Source: a bacterium UBP13_UBA5359
GTDB lineage: Bacteria > UBP13 > UBA5359
Reading direction: 5' to 3'
Assembly: GCA_002410925.1 (NCBI GenBank)
Contig: DHPR01000012.1
Coordinates: forward strand, 146,643 to 210,642
Length of the DNA stretch: 64,000 nt
Below the pieces are notes generated by a model that had not been told where the DNA came from, made no database searches, and saw only the letters and a program-made list of their open reading frames with translations. Of this stretch, positions 8,991-19,108 are shown in pieces (within the stretch, counting starts at the first letter, position 1; the number at the start of each line of letters is the position of its first letter). A program made the position numbers and the translations under genes.

Positions 8991-10136
8991 TCAAAAAGAT
9001 TTATCCATATTTTCATCCAGCTTTTTCACGGCCCTCTTCTGATAAGACGATTCGGCTATCAGCCTTTGCAGTTCCTTCTCATACGCTCTCCCATCCAGAG
9101 GTAGCTCTACTATTTTGGATTTCAATGATGAGTAGAGAATGGCATTGGCCAATTCTACGGATTTGATGCCTTCCTCAGCAGGTGCTATCAAAGAAGCGCC
9201 CTCCAGAACGGTATCAACGAAATTCTGCATAATCTCCGTATGCCGGCCGGCTGTTCCTTCTATCGGTATCTCTATATTCCATACTTCAGGCTTAGCAAAA
9301 CCGGAGGCAAAATTACGACTGTGCTCAACAGAGGATTCCTCATTGCGAACGAAGGTCAGTCTATCGTTCTCCATCACCATCTTGCCCATCTCTCCGGCTA
9401 TCTCCAGACGATTGGTGCCGGGCGCCTCCCCGGTGGTAGTCATGAAGACGCCGGTGGCGCCATTAGAATACTCCATATAAGCGGTCACCTGATCCTCTAC
9501 CTCTATATCATGCCATCTGCCCAGGCCACAGAACCCTTGCACCCTTGCCGGCATTCCGCACAGCCACTGCAACAGATCCAATTGATGGGGGCACTGATTG
9601 AGCAGCACGCCGCCACCCTCTCCCTTCCAGGTAGCGCGCCAGGCACCGTCGGCGTAGTAGGCTTCCGTTCGATACCAATCCGTCACTATCCAGCTGATCC
9701 TGGATATCTTTCCTAATTCACCCTTTTCTATGAATTGCTTTAGCTTCTTATAGTATGAATTCGTCCGCTGCTGAAACATAGCAGCGAAGACCTGGTTTTT
9801 ATTCCTATGGGCTGCTATCAATCTCTCGGCATCAGCCTTGTGCACAGAGATAGGCTTTTCTACCAGTACATGCAGCCCGCTCTCCAGCGCATCTATGCCG
9901 ATAGTAGTATGAGAGTAGTGCGGAGTAGCTATAAGGATGGCGTCCACCTCTCCGGAAATAATCAGTTCATGGCTATCCGTGAAACATCTCAATTCTTTGA
10001 ACTTCCCCAACGAACTTTCGTCAATATCGCAAACCGCCGTTAATTTACACCCTCTTACATCACCTGCAATTATCTTCTCAGCATGGTTCCGTCCCATATT
10101 TCCAAGCCCTATTATACCTATCCTCAGCTCATTCAC
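8991..10136 (-). CDS. Gfo/Idh/MocA-family oxidoreductase
   Basis: GIIGLGNMG, ATPH, VEKP, GGGVLLNQCPH; GTG 10136 follows GGAGGAG. Confidence 0.92.
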   Translation of the reverse strand: MNELRIGIIGLGNMGRNHAEKIIAGDVRGCKLTAVCDIDESSLGKFKELRCFTDSHELIISGEVDAILIATPHYSHTTIGIDALESGLHVLVEKPISVHKADAERLIAAHRNKNQVFAAMFQQRTNSYYKKLKQFIEKGELGKISRISWIVTDWYRTEAYYADGAWRATWKGEGGGVLLNQCPHQLDLLQWLCGMPARVQGFCGLGRWHDIEVEDQVTAYMEYSNGATGVFMTTTGEAPGTNRLEIAGEMGKMVMENDRLTFVRNEESSVEHSRNFASGFAKPEVWNIEIPIEGTAGRHTEIMQNFVDTVLEGASLIAPAEEGIKSVELANAILYSSLKSKIVELPLDGRAYEKELQRLIAESSYQKRAVKKLDENMDKSF

Positions 10137-10366
10137 GGCTCTCCTCCATTTGCTGTAATCCGTCCTCAAAATCTATACGCTTGATCTTTTCATAAATCAA
10201 TGGATTGCATTGCTCCTTTACAACTATATTACACCTGTCGAGAGCTATTTATAAGCACATATATTGCTGAAAAAGTATTATTATACAAATATTGCCCTCT
10301 TTTACAGGCTGATGCTATAATGTTATAAGTTAGAATATTCGGTATTAATTGCCGTAGGAGGATATT

Positions 10367-11245
10367 TTGCCTAAAATACCCCCTGATGAAAAGGAAATGC
10401 CTCTTATTAGCGTCAGCCGGCAGGCTATGCCCAAGGGCTATAATTCTACCTTCAAAGGGCACCGTCACGAATCTTATGAGCTCTTTTATGTAATCCATGG
10501 GCGGGTAAATGCATTTATCAACAACAAAACATACCTTGTCAGCGACGGATGCATGGTTATACTGGGTTCTCATATACCTCATGCACATATTTACCCGCAT
10601 GATATGGAAGTGGAAAGGATCTGTATAAGCTTCGACAGAGAGTTCACTAGAAAGATAGCCGGTTGTGCGGTAGACATTGATATTCTGGAAGCTTTTCATT
10701 CCACTATCAATGTCATAAGTTGTCCGGTAAATCTTCGTAAATTTATCGAGGATACCGCCGATAAATTGCTGACAGAGATAGAAAATGAAAATCAGGGGGC
10801 CATCAGCATAGCCGCTGCTTTACTGATGCACCTGCTTGTAATTGTCAATAGGAATTTTAAGGATCTTGAACTGAAGCAGCAAGTGCTGAATACTCTGGCA
10901 TCTTCCAGAGTTACTGAGACGATAGAATATATAAGATCCAATTATAACAATGATATCTCTCTGGACAGCATATCGAGAAAGTTTAATATAAGCCGCTATT
11001 ATATAATCAGGATTTTCAAAAAGCATACCGGCTTTACACCCATAGAGTATGTGAATAATGTCAGAGTTCTGAAGGCTATCGAGTTGCTTATGGGAGCAGA
11101 ACGAAAAACGGTGAGCGATATAGGCGAGCTTGCTGGCTTTAACAGTATTACGCATTTCGGCAGGGTCTTTAAAAAGATTACCGGCGTATCACCGCAAAAG
11201 TACCGTGCCGCCAAAAAAACCCCTGCATTTTTGCAACGCACCTAA
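10367..11245 (+). CDS. AraC-family transcriptional regulator (cupin + HTH)
   Basis: HRHESYE cupin and C-terminal GFNSITHFGRVFKKITGVSP; divergent from the Gfo operon. Confidence 0.93.
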   Translation: MPKIPPDEKEMPLISVSRQAMPKGYNSTFKGHRHESYELFYVIHGRVNAFINNKTYLVSDGCMVILGSHIPHAHIYPHDMEVERICISFDREFTRKIAGCAVDIDILEAFHSTINVISCPVNLRKFIEDTADKLLTEIENENQGAISIAAALLMHLLVIVNRNFKDLELKQQVLNTLASSRVTETIEYIRSNYNNDISLDSISRKFNISRYYIIRIFKKHTGFTPIEYVNNVRVLKAIELLMGAERKTVSDIGELAGFNSITHFGRVFKKITGVSPQKYRAAKKTPAFLQRT

Positions 11246-11246
11246 C

Positions 11247-11274
11247 GGGAGGAGCCTCTTTCCAGGCTCCTCTC
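11247..11274. terminator. Hairpin between convergent araC and serC
   Basis: GGGAGGAGCCT / AGGCTCCTCTC inverted repeat. Confidence 0.55.
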
Positions 11275-11327
11275 TTCACATCACCGTCTGCAATCTGCAT
11301 CCGGCAGTTGATTTGCTCCAGCTTGTA

Positions 11328-12416
11328 TCAGCCATTACGCCTCTCGAAATCCTTCATAAAGCCTATCAAAGCCTGCACAGCCTCCATGGTCACGGCATTG
11401 TAGATGCTGGCCCTGATGCCGCCTACAGAGCGGTGACCCTTTAAGCCTATCAAACCGGCCTTTTTAGATTCAGCTACAAACTTCTCTTCCAGCTCCTCAG
11501 ATGGCAGGCGCCAGACTACATTCATGATGGAGCGGCTTTTCTTATCGGCTACGGTGCGCCAGAAATCACTGCTGTCCAGGGTACCATAAAGCAGGGCGGC
11601 CTTCTCCTCATTAATTCTTTGTACAGCCGGTATACCTCCGCCGGCAAGCAACCTATCCGTAACCAGCTTTAAAACGTAGATACCCCAGGTGTTGGGAGTA
11701 TTATACAGACTCTTCTCCTTGGCATGAGTGGCATACCGTAGAAATATCGGCACGGCATCCGTGACGCGTTCGATCAGATCCTTCCTAACGATAACCAGCG
11801 CCATTCCTGAAGGGCCGATGTTCTTCTGGGCGCCACCGTAGATCATACCGAAACGGTTTACATCCACCACTCTTGACATGATCTCGCTGGACATATCTGC
11901 TACCAGAGGTACATCGGTAATGGGAAACTCGGCAAAGCGTATACCGCCGATGGTCTCATTTGAGCAGATATGAAGGTACTCCGCTTCAGCAGAAACCCTA
12001 AGCTCTTCCTGTTGCGGCGCTCTGGTGTAATTGCATTCAGCCCCATCCCAGATCACCTCCGCATCACCGGTTATCTTGGCCTCCTTAATAGCCTTGCCCG
12101 CCCAGCTGCCGGTATTCACAAAGGCGGCACTCCTACCGGGGCGACGCAAATTGAGGGGAATCATAGCAAACTGCAGACTAGCTCCGCCCTGTAAGAAGAG
12201 AACCGCGTAATCGCCGCTCACACCCATCAGCTTTCTGACATTGGCCTCCGCAGTATCATTTACGGCCTGAAACTCCTTGGAACGATGGCTGATCTCTATA
12301 ACGGACATGCCGCCGCCGGCATAATCCAGCATCTCTTCACGAGCCTTCTCCAATACTTCCACCGGCAGGGCAGCCGGCCCTGCATTGAAATTATAAATTC
12401 TGCTCATTTGTATCAC
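11328..12416 (-). CDS. serC: Phosphoserine aminotransferase
   Basis: NFNAGPA, SHRS, GGAQKNIGP (PLP lysine), GHRSVGGIRASIYNA. Confidence 0.97.
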   Translation of the reverse strand: MIQMSRIYNFNAGPAALPVEVLEKAREEMLDYAGGGMSVIEISHRSKEFQAVNDTAEANVRKLMGVSGDYAVLFLQGGASLQFAMIPLNLRRPGRSAAFVNTGSWAGKAIKEAKITGDAEVIWDGAECNYTRAPQQEELRVSAEAEYLHICSNETIGGIRFAEFPITDVPLVADMSSEIMSRVVDVNRFGMIYGGAQKNIGPSGMALVIVRKDLIERVTDAVPIFLRYATHAKEKSLYNTPNTWGIYVLKLVTDRLLAGGGIPAVQRINEEKAALLYGTLDSSDFWRTVADKKSRSIMNVVWRLPSEELEEKFVAESKKAGLIGLKGHRSVGGIRASIYNAVTMEAVQALIGFMKDFERRNG

Positions 12417-12625
12417 TCTCGCTTGCTCTTAATTTCTTAGAAAGTTTAACACAGGATGAGTTATTCTGCCAGAGGAACGATGCAACTGCATCATGGGTTA
12501 TCCAGCAATCACTAGAAAGCCGCTGCTCTCCGTTGCTCGTTATCTTTGGTAGCTACATGAAAAAGTCGCCTCATATCATGCAACCGGAAATTGAACCGCC
12601 CTTGAAAAATCCTCAGGTAAAATCG

Positions 12626-12650
12626 GTTTCAATTTCGCTAGATTGGGAAA
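12626..12650 (+). promoter_or_regulatory. SigB-like promoter
   Basis: GTTTCA-N13-GGGAAA, 24 nt upstream of the DUF1540 start. Confidence 0.5.
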
Positions 12651-12674
12651 GTTATCATAAAACCTATAAAGGAG

Positions 12675-12995
12675 ATGATGAGAATGCCCCGCCTGCCGAG
12701 GATCAAAGAATGCGATGTCATTGATTGCTTCTATAACACTGATAACTTATGTCACGCACCAGCCATAACCGTAGGTTCGCCCTGCCCGAAATGCGATACT
12801 TATTTATCATCTTCGGAACACGGGAAACCGGCAGACATGGGACAGGTCGGCGCCTGCCATGAAGATGATTGCCGCTTCAACCATGAGCTTACCTGCCATG
12901 CCCAGGAAATAGTGGTCGGACATCATCAGAGGCATGCCGATTGTTTTACCTACAGTTCTGAAGAGGGTAAGGGAGAACTATCTGGGTTGGCATAA
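12675..12995 (+). CDS. DUF1540-like Cys-rich protein (two repeats)
   Basis: Duplicated C-x4-C-x2-N-x4-C-x-A-x2-I-x-V...C-x-T-Y unit. Confidence 0.75.
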   Translation: MMRMPRLPRIKECDVIDCFYNTDNLCHAPAITVGSPCPKCDTYLSSSEHGKPADMGQVGACHEDDCRFNHELTCHAQEIVVGHHQRHADCFTYSSEEGKGELSGLA

Positions 12996-13915
12996 AATAT
13001 ATTTTCAGATTTACCAAATGCAGACCTGACCCCTTGCAACGCTTCGGCTATGGCAGCTATGTGCTTCGGGGTAGTACCGCAGCAGCCTCCAATAATACCG
13101 GCACCCGCTGCAATTAGTTCAGCTACATATCCTGCCATTGCTTCCGGAGTCTCCTTGAAGACTGTTCGGCCATCTTCAAAGATCGGCATCCCGGCGTTGG
13201 CATGGATGAGAATAGGCATATCCGGCGCCGCTGCACGCATCGCTTTAGTAATTTCAATCATGCCGGCAATACCGTTGCCGCAATTAGCACCAATGATATC
13301 CGCACCGGCGGCTACGGCTTCCCGAGCTGCACGAGAGGGATCAACGCCCATCATGGTGCGAAAGCCTCTGGCACCCAGCTCAAAGGTGAAGGTACAGATT
13401 ACCGGTAAGGCGGTGTTTTCTTTAGCTGCCCTGATCGCCTGAGATGCTTCGATAACGGAGGACATGGTCTCAATACATAATGCATCAGCTCCACCCTGTT
13501 CCAATGCAATTACCTGGTCATTGAAGGCCTTGTAGAGCTCCTGCTCACTTGCCGTACCACCCTCGTTCACCACTATTTGACCGGTGGGGCCTACCGCTGC
13601 CGCTACAAAGCTCTTGCCCTCCGCAACCTCTTTAGCCAGCCTGGCCGCAGCTCTGTTGAACTCGGCTACTTTATCACCCAGACCAAACTCCTTCAACTTA
13701 TACCAGGTGCCGCCAAAGGAGTTGGTTTCCACTATATCACTGCCGACATTTATGTAAGCTTCTGCAATCTCCCTCACCACGTCCGGATGTGAAATACACC
13801 AGGATTCAGGGCATTCTCCTTGTTGCAATCCTTTAGCCTGGAGAAAGGTTCCCATCGCTCCATCGGACACCAATATTTCCCCCCCGGCTATCCTTTTCAG
13901 TAATTCGCTCACCAT
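12950..13915 (-). CDS. Stand-alone homocysteine S-methyltransferase domain (split MetH N-terminal module)
   Basis: DGAMGT, ETNSFG, GANC and GGCCGT zinc ligands; ATG 13915 follows AGGAGG. Confidence 0.9.
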   Translation of the reverse strand: MVSELLKRIAGGEILVSDGAMGTFLQAKGLQQGECPESWCISHPDVVREIAEAYINVGSDIVETNSFGGTWYKLKEFGLGDKVAEFNRAAARLAKEVAEGKSFVAAAVGPTGQIVVNEGGTASEQELYKAFNDQVIALEQGGADALCIETMSSVIEASQAIRAAKENTALPVICTFTFELGARGFRTMMGVDPSRAAREAVAAGADIIGANCGNGIAGMIEITKAMRAAAPDMPILIHANAGMPIFEDGRTVFKETPEAMAGYVAELIAAGAGIIGGCCGTTPKHIAAIAEALQGVRSAFGKSENIFYANPDSSPLPSSEL

Positions 13916-14204
13916 ATCCTCCTGCTTCCCCAAACAGGCTGAACCTATTTTTATCGTTCTTTTTATTCCGCTTGCTTATAGCTATACCGCTCTCTGACCT
14001 GCTCTTCTCATCTCATCAATCTTACCATGGCTAGATTATACTACCTGTACATCATTAATTGCAAAAAATAGATCTGCAGCCTCAACGCTTGCAGTACATA
14101 GAACAGCCGGCAAAGAATCCTCCGATTGATATGCCGGCGTACAAATGCTTCAGTGCTTTAGCAACGGAGCGCTTTTTGCCATGCCGATTATCAAATATTC
14201 GCTC

Positions 14205-14921
14205 TCATTTTTTTAATATAGTGCTCATCACTTCCTCTTTATCAATTTTTTTGGTACAGAAGAACCAATCATAGCAGGTCATATCCTGCTTTTCTTCCAT
14301 GCGTTCTCTGGCTGCTTCAGATGAACCAGCCGCCGGAATGATTACTTCATCCCCTGGCTGCCAATTTGCCGGCGTGGCGACAGAAAAGGCATCGCCTGTC
14401 TGGAGTGCAATAATTACCCGATATAATTCATCTAAGTTTCTACCCAGACTGAGAGGATAATAGATAATCGCCCGGATAATCCCCTCCGGATCAATGACAA
14501 ATACAGCCCTGACAGCCTTGGTTGAGCTCTCGCTCGGCTGAATCATGCCGTATTTACCGGCAATTTCCATAGTGATATCTTCGATTAACGGAAACTTTAT
14601 TTCAACATTCTTCATTCCCTTATATTCGATTTTTTCTTTGATATTACGCAGCCAGGCTATATGGCTGTAAAGACCATCCACCGAAAGCCCGACCAATTTG
14701 CAGTTTATCTCCGCAAACCGCTCTGCCATAGAGGCAAAGGTTATAAACTCCGAGGTACATACCGGAGTGAAATCAGCCGGATGACTGAAGAGGATAACCC
14801 AGCTTCCCGAATACTGCTCCGGAAAATTTATCTCTCCCTGTGTCGTGATCGCCCTGAATGACGAAGCTTTATCTCCTATACGCGGCTTTGATTCTGTTTC
14901 GGCCATATTTTGAGTATCCAT
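14205..14921 (-). CDS. Peroxiredoxin (Prx6/archaeal-type)
   Basis: FSHPADFTPVCTSE active site; C-terminal CYDWFFC. Confidence 0.93.
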   Translation of the reverse strand: MDTQNMAETESKPRIGDKASSFRAITTQGEINFPEQYSGSWVILFSHPADFTPVCTSEFITFASMAERFAEINCKLVGLSVDGLYSHIAWLRNIKEKIEYKGMKNVEIKFPLIEDITMEIAGKYGMIQPSESSTKAVRAVFVIDPEGIIRAIIYYPLSLGRNLDELYRVIIALQTGDAFSVATPANWQPGDEVIIPAAGSSEAARERMEEKQDMTCYDWFFCTKKIDKEEVMSTILKK

Positions 14922-14981
14922 AATAGCTCCCTCCTCTTGAATTATGCTTCCTGATAACGATCAGATTGGATATACCTAAAT

Positions 14982-15005
14982 ATACCCAAAAACAAGATCG
15001 TAAAC
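14982..15005 (-). promoter_or_regulatory. SigB-like promoter of the peroxiredoxin
   Basis: Minus strand GTTTAC-N12-GGGTAT. Confidence 0.55.
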
Positions 15006-15023
15006 TCCGGCGATAATATAACT

Positions 15024-15797
15024 TTAAAGCGTCTCCACCAGCAGCGCTCCGCTATAGTGACTGTGCCCCACCACTGCCCGAATGCCGAAAGCCCGATAGA
15101 TATTATCAGGCGTCAGCACCTCTTCCGGCGTGCCCCAGGCCAGAGCATGGCCATCATGCAGCAACAGCAGCCTGTCACAGATGCGGGCGGCCAGGTTAAG
15201 ATCATGGAAGACGCCCAGCACAGCTATGGTTTTCTCTGCCGCCAAATGCCGTAACAGGCGGGCTGTCTCAACCTGATGACGGATGTCCAGATGCGAAGTA
15301 GGTTCGTCCAGCAGCAGCAGCTCGGCCTGCTGCGCCAGCGCCCTGGCCAGCAGGACTCTCTGCCTTTCGCCACCACTGATGGTGGTCACAGGACGATCGG
15401 CTAAATGCAAGGTATCGGTCTCCGCCATGGCTCGCTCCGTTATTTCTTTATCAGAAGGTCCCTCGCGCTGCACTCGGCCAAGAAAGGGATGACGGCCCAT
15501 AGCTACTATCTCTCCAACGGTGAACTCGAACTCGATATGAATATCCTGGGCCAGTACAGCCAGGCAGCAGGCCAGAGCCCGCGGGGTATAGCCGCACAAT
15601 CGGCGACCGCCCAGGTATATCTCTCCGCTGTTTAAGCTCAGCAATCCGGAAACGGCTTTGATCAGCGTGGACTTGCCGGAACCGTTGGGGCCGATTACGC
15701 CGGTCAGCAATCCCCGGTCAGCGGCAAGAGATAGATCGTTAAGCACCGGTTTACCGCCGTATCCGCAAATGATGCCTTTCACTTCCAGTAGACTCAT
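15024..15797 (-). CDS. Cobalamin/Fe-siderophore ABC transporter ATPase (BtuD-like)
   Basis: GPNGSGKS, ISGGERQR, LLLDEPTSHLD, HDLNLA. Confidence 0.93.
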   Translation of the reverse strand: MSLLEVKGIICGYGGKPVLNDLSLAADRGLLTGVIGPNGSGKSTLIKAVSGLLSLNSGEIYLGGRRLCGYTPRALACCLAVLAQDIHIEFEFTVGEIVAMGRHPFLGRVQREGPSDKEITERAMAETDTLHLADRPVTTISGGERQRVLLARALAQQAELLLLDEPTSHLDIRHQVETARLLRHLAAEKTIAVLGVFHDLNLAARICDRLLLLHDGHALAWGTPEEVLTPDNIYRAFGIRAVVGHSHYSGALLVETL

Positions 15798-16789
15798 CTT
15801 CCCCTCCTATAAAGAAGATAGATAAAGAAGGGAGCTCCCAGCATAGCGGTTATAAGACCGACAGGTATCTCAGACGGTGCCAGCAATGTCCGGGCCAGGA
15901 CATCGGAGATGATCATAACCAGCGCGCCCAGCAAGAGAGAACCCCAAAGCAAGCGCCTATGATCCGGTCCTATCAGCAACCTGGCGGCATGCGGTACGAT
16001 CAGGCCCACAAAGCCTATAATACCGCTCACCGAAACGGCTGCCGCCGTCAACAGCGAGGTTATAGCCAGCAGGATACGCTTGGTCTTCTCCACATCCAGA
16101 CCCAGGTGTTGTGCCTCTTCATCGCCCATCAGCATAACATTGAGATCCCGACAGTAAGACCATATCAAAATTATGCCGGCGACCGCATAAGGTGCTATCA
16201 ACAGTACCTGCTTCCAGTTGGCCGAGTAAAAGCCGCCCATGATCCAAAAGAAGATCGCCTGCAGATCACGCCGTCCCATAATCATAATGAAGGAGGTCAG
16301 AGCGGATATCAGAGCGCTGACGGCCACTCCGGCCAGCAGCAAAGTATAGATAGAGACCCTGCCGTCTTTGCAGGAGAGCATATATACTGTCCAGGCTGCA
16401 CCCAGAGCCCCGATAAAAGCAGCCAAGGGTAATGGGTCCAGTCCCAGAATCGGCCCGGACAAGCCGAGGACAAGGATAAGCGCTGCTCCCAGAGAGGCTC
16501 CGGAGGATATGCCTACGATATAAGGATCGGCCAAAGGATTGCGGAAGATGGCCTGTAACACCATGCCCGCTGCTCCCAGAGAAGCTCCCACCAGCAGCGC
16601 TAAGACGATACGAGGCAGGCGCAGCCCCCAGATGATAGCGGCATTGCCGCTATCACCGGTCCAGCCTGACAGAATGCGCAGAATCTCGCTCGGAGATATA
16701 CGGACAGCTCCCAGTGATACGGCCATGACAATCGCTGCAGCCAGAGCTATCAGCAATATAAAGATAAACGTTCTGTAGGGAAAACGCAT
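15794..16789 (-). CDS. FecCD/BtuC-family ABC permease
   Basis: LRLPR, RNPLADP, GFVGLIVPH, EIPVG. Confidence 0.93.
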   Translation of the reverse strand: MRFPYRTFIFILLIALAAAIVMAVSLGAVRISPSEILRILSGWTGDSGNAAIIWGLRLPRIVLALLVGASLGAAGMVLQAIFRNPLADPYIVGISSGASLGAALILVLGLSGPILGLDPLPLAAFIGALGAAWTVYMLSCKDGRVSIYTLLLAGVAVSALISALTSFIMIMGRRDLQAIFFWIMGGFYSANWKQVLLIAPYAVAGIILIWSYCRDLNVMLMGDEEAQHLGLDVEKTKRILLAITSLLTAAAVSVSGIIGFVGLIVPHAARLLIGPDHRRLLWGSLLLGALVMIISDVLARTLLAPSEIPVGLITAMLGAPFFIYLLYRRGR

Positions 16790-17739
16790 TACCTTGCCTT
16801 TCTGTCATGATCGGGGTGAATAAGCGAAGCTACTTCCTCCAGGCTGTCAAGCAGTCTGGGACCGGGCCTGGATATTATATCCTCATTCAAAGGATATATA
16901 CAGCCGCTACGCACCGCTTTGAGGCGGCGCCATACTCTATCCCGCTTCATTTTCTCATAAAGCTTTATTTTATCAGAGTAAAGAATGATATCAGGGTCTT
17001 TAGCTAAGAGTTGCTCCCGGCTGAACTGCACATAGCCTTTGATACCGGCGGCGATGTTACGCCCCCCGGCGGCGATGATGATATCGTTGATGAAGGTGCC
17101 GCTTCCAGCAGTAAATAGCGGCTCATCCCAGATAACATAAAAAACTGATGGATGAGGTGCTTCGGCAACCATGTCGGATACAGCCTGCCGGCGTTTCTGC
17201 AGCGAAATACATAGCGTTGCTGCCTCCACCCTGTTGCCGGTGATGTACCCTATATCCTTTATCATATTATAAAGCCCTTCCAGATCCGTGGGATGAAGAG
17301 TAACTACTGCCAACCCTGCTCTCTCTATCTGCCCCACCATACTCTTGGATATGCCATGCATAGCCAAAACAAGATCCGGCTTCAAGGAGCAAAGCCTCTC
17401 CAGATTGGGATTGGTATAGCCGCCTACGCGAGTTACCCCTGCCGCCTGCAATGGATAATTGCAATAATCCGTTACTCCTACTATACGTTCTTCAAGGTTA
17501 AGAGCGTAAAGAATCTCGGTCACGGCAGGAGCCAGGGATACTATTCTTTCAGGATGATCCGGCAAAGGGACATTGCGTTCCAAGGCATCGGTAAAGACCC
17601 TGCCGGGAATATTGGAAACAGCCATCCTGCCGCAGCCTGTCAGAAAGAGAGAGATATAGAGCAGAAGAAAGAGCGTTCTAAAATACTTTGCACCTCTACG
17701 CCTCTGTGCCTTTATGCCTTCTTTCAAATGGGTATTCAT
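16789..17739 (-). CDS. Cobalamin-binding lipoprotein (BtuF-like)
   Basis: Lipobox LTGC; RIVSLAPAVTE, VGVTDYCNYP, SRPGPR; lies under a B12 riboswitch. Confidence 0.88.
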   Translation of the reverse strand: MNTHLKEGIKAQRRRGAKYFRTLFLLLYISLFLTGCGRMAVSNIPGRVFTDALERNVPLPDHPERIVSLAPAVTEILYALNLEERIVGVTDYCNYPLQAAGVTRVGGYTNPNLERLCSLKPDLVLAMHGISKSMVGQIERAGLAVVTLHPTDLEGLYNMIKDIGYITGNRVEAATLCISLQKRRQAVSDMVAEAPHPSVFYVIWDEPLFTAGSGTFINDIIIAAGGRNIAAGIKGYVQFSREQLLAKDPDIILYSDKIKLYEKMKRDRVWRRLKAVRSGCIYPLNEDIISRPGPRLLDSLEEVASLIHPDHDRKAR

Positions 17740-18587
17740 CTCTTATCTCTCACCTGCAAGTCAAACTTGAAATTAACGACGATGACATCGGATATGTTAT
17801 CATTGCCATGTCGGGCAGGATCAAAGCGCCAACACCGGGCAGCTTGCAAAGCGGCCCTATCCAGCGAAGCATGGCCGGAAGAGCGTAATATCTCCGCAGC
17901 CGCCACCCGGCCGGAATCGGAAATTCTTATACGAACCTTGACATTCCCCTCCAACCCCTGACGGCGTGCCTCCGGCGGATATACCGGCTCAACCCTGGAG
18001 CTGACCGAGGCTTTTACCAGAGAAGGAAGTCTGAATTCAGGTGATTCCATCTCATCAGAAGCGACCTTGCCGCCGTTATTTCGCCGAGAGTCATCTCTTT
18101 CATCCCTCTGCCCGCCTGCCATCGGTTTGCCGATATAAGCATCTTCAGCTTCACCGGCTGGCAGTTTTAGCCCCGTCACTTCGGAACCGGCTACGGGCGC
18201 CTGCAAGTCGGTTCTCTGTGATTGAAAGCCGGCTATCACAGGAACAGCTATGCCTGTCCTGATACCGACATTTATATCCCTGCCGCTGTCGGACCCCGAT
18301 TTGCACCCTGAAGCAGAAGAGATCCTTCTTTCAGGCACAGGCCGATCTGTCATCCGACTCACGGAAGCCGGCAGTAATACCGACCTCGAAGTCAAAACCG
18401 GTGTTTCGGCAGTTTTATTTACAGGCTCAGGCAATAGTTTCGGCCGGCTTATATCCAGCTGAAAAGTGATAACATCAGGCACTGACCGCTCCCGCTCCTG
18501 TGAAGATATTCTGAAGCCGGCTAATAATAATATATGCAACGTCAATGAGACCATCAGAAACAGATTTATATGCCGCCCGTCTCTCAT
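17736..18587 (-). CDS. tonB: Energy transducer TonB-family protein
   Basis: N-terminal TM with S-x3-H (SLTLH); low-complexity linker; C-terminal PVYPPEARRQGLEG.V...SSG...LDRAAL...WRF.PA. Confidence 0.85.
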   Translation of the reverse strand: MRDGRHINLFLMVSLTLHILLLAGFRISSQERERSVPDVITFQLDISRPKLLPEPVNKTAETPVLTSRSVLLPASVSRMTDRPVPERRISSASGCKSGSDSGRDINVGIRTGIAVPVIAGFQSQRTDLQAPVAGSEVTGLKLPAGEAEDAYIGKPMAGGQRDERDDSRRNNGGKVASDEMESPEFRLPSLVKASVSSRVEPVYPPEARRQGLEGNVKVRIRISDSGRVAAAEILRSSGHASLDRAALQAARCWRFDPARHGNDNISDVIVVNFKFDLQVRDKR

Positions 18588-18719
18588 TTATGTGCTCCGA
18601 TAGCAACAAGAATCAGCATTCAAGGAAATATTGGAATTGAGACCGGAAGCAACGGCCGCATGACCGATCTTCCCGGCAAAATTATCCCCACACAAGAAAA
18701 GCCTCCCCTGGCGGGCAAC

Positions 18720-18752
18720 AAAAAAAGCACCCGCTTCCACCCGAAGTGATGT
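18720..18752 (-). terminator. Putative expression-platform terminator of the riboswitch
   Basis: Minus strand imperfect hairpin ACATCACTTC-gggtg-GAAGCGGGTGC followed by a T-run. Confidence 0.55.
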
Positions 18753-18759
18753 CTCTGCA

Positions 18760-18900
18760 ACTCAGACAGGTCTCCTGGCTTCCGGATCACCCTACCAGCC
18801 GCGCCTTCCTCGATAGAGTGGCTTGCTTGCGGTTCTCGTTCCCGGTTACAGTAGCGGGGGCTGCAGCGGCTTTACACCGCTTTCCCTGACATCCGAGTTT
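18760..18900 (-). ncRNA. Cobalamin (AdoCbl) riboswitch
   Basis: Minus strand AGGGAA-GCGGTGTAAAGCCGC-TGCAGCCCCCGCTACTGTAA...GCCACT...GGAAGG...GAAGCCAGGAGACCTG (B12 box), upstream of the btu-like operon. Confidence 0.93.
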
Positions 18901-19108
18901 TATAAAATCGTTTATATCATAACATACAATCACCTCTGCTGCCATACATTCGGTGACCACGTACATATCCTCTCCAGGAGCGTATCTGCCATTCTTTAGA
19001 AACATTTAAGAAAGAATTGACCTCTTCATCTTAAGATAGCGACCGGATATTAAAATTTAAGATATTAAAACATTATCGAAAAGAAATTTAACCTATTTAT
19101 GGAAAGCA

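Noticed and set aside
18787-19005. 72-aa minus-strand ORF
   Set aside because: Overlaps the cobalamin riboswitch; no credible product
19047-19070. GATATTAAAA direct repeat
   Set aside because: Only two short copies in an AT-rich spacer; not CRISPR-like
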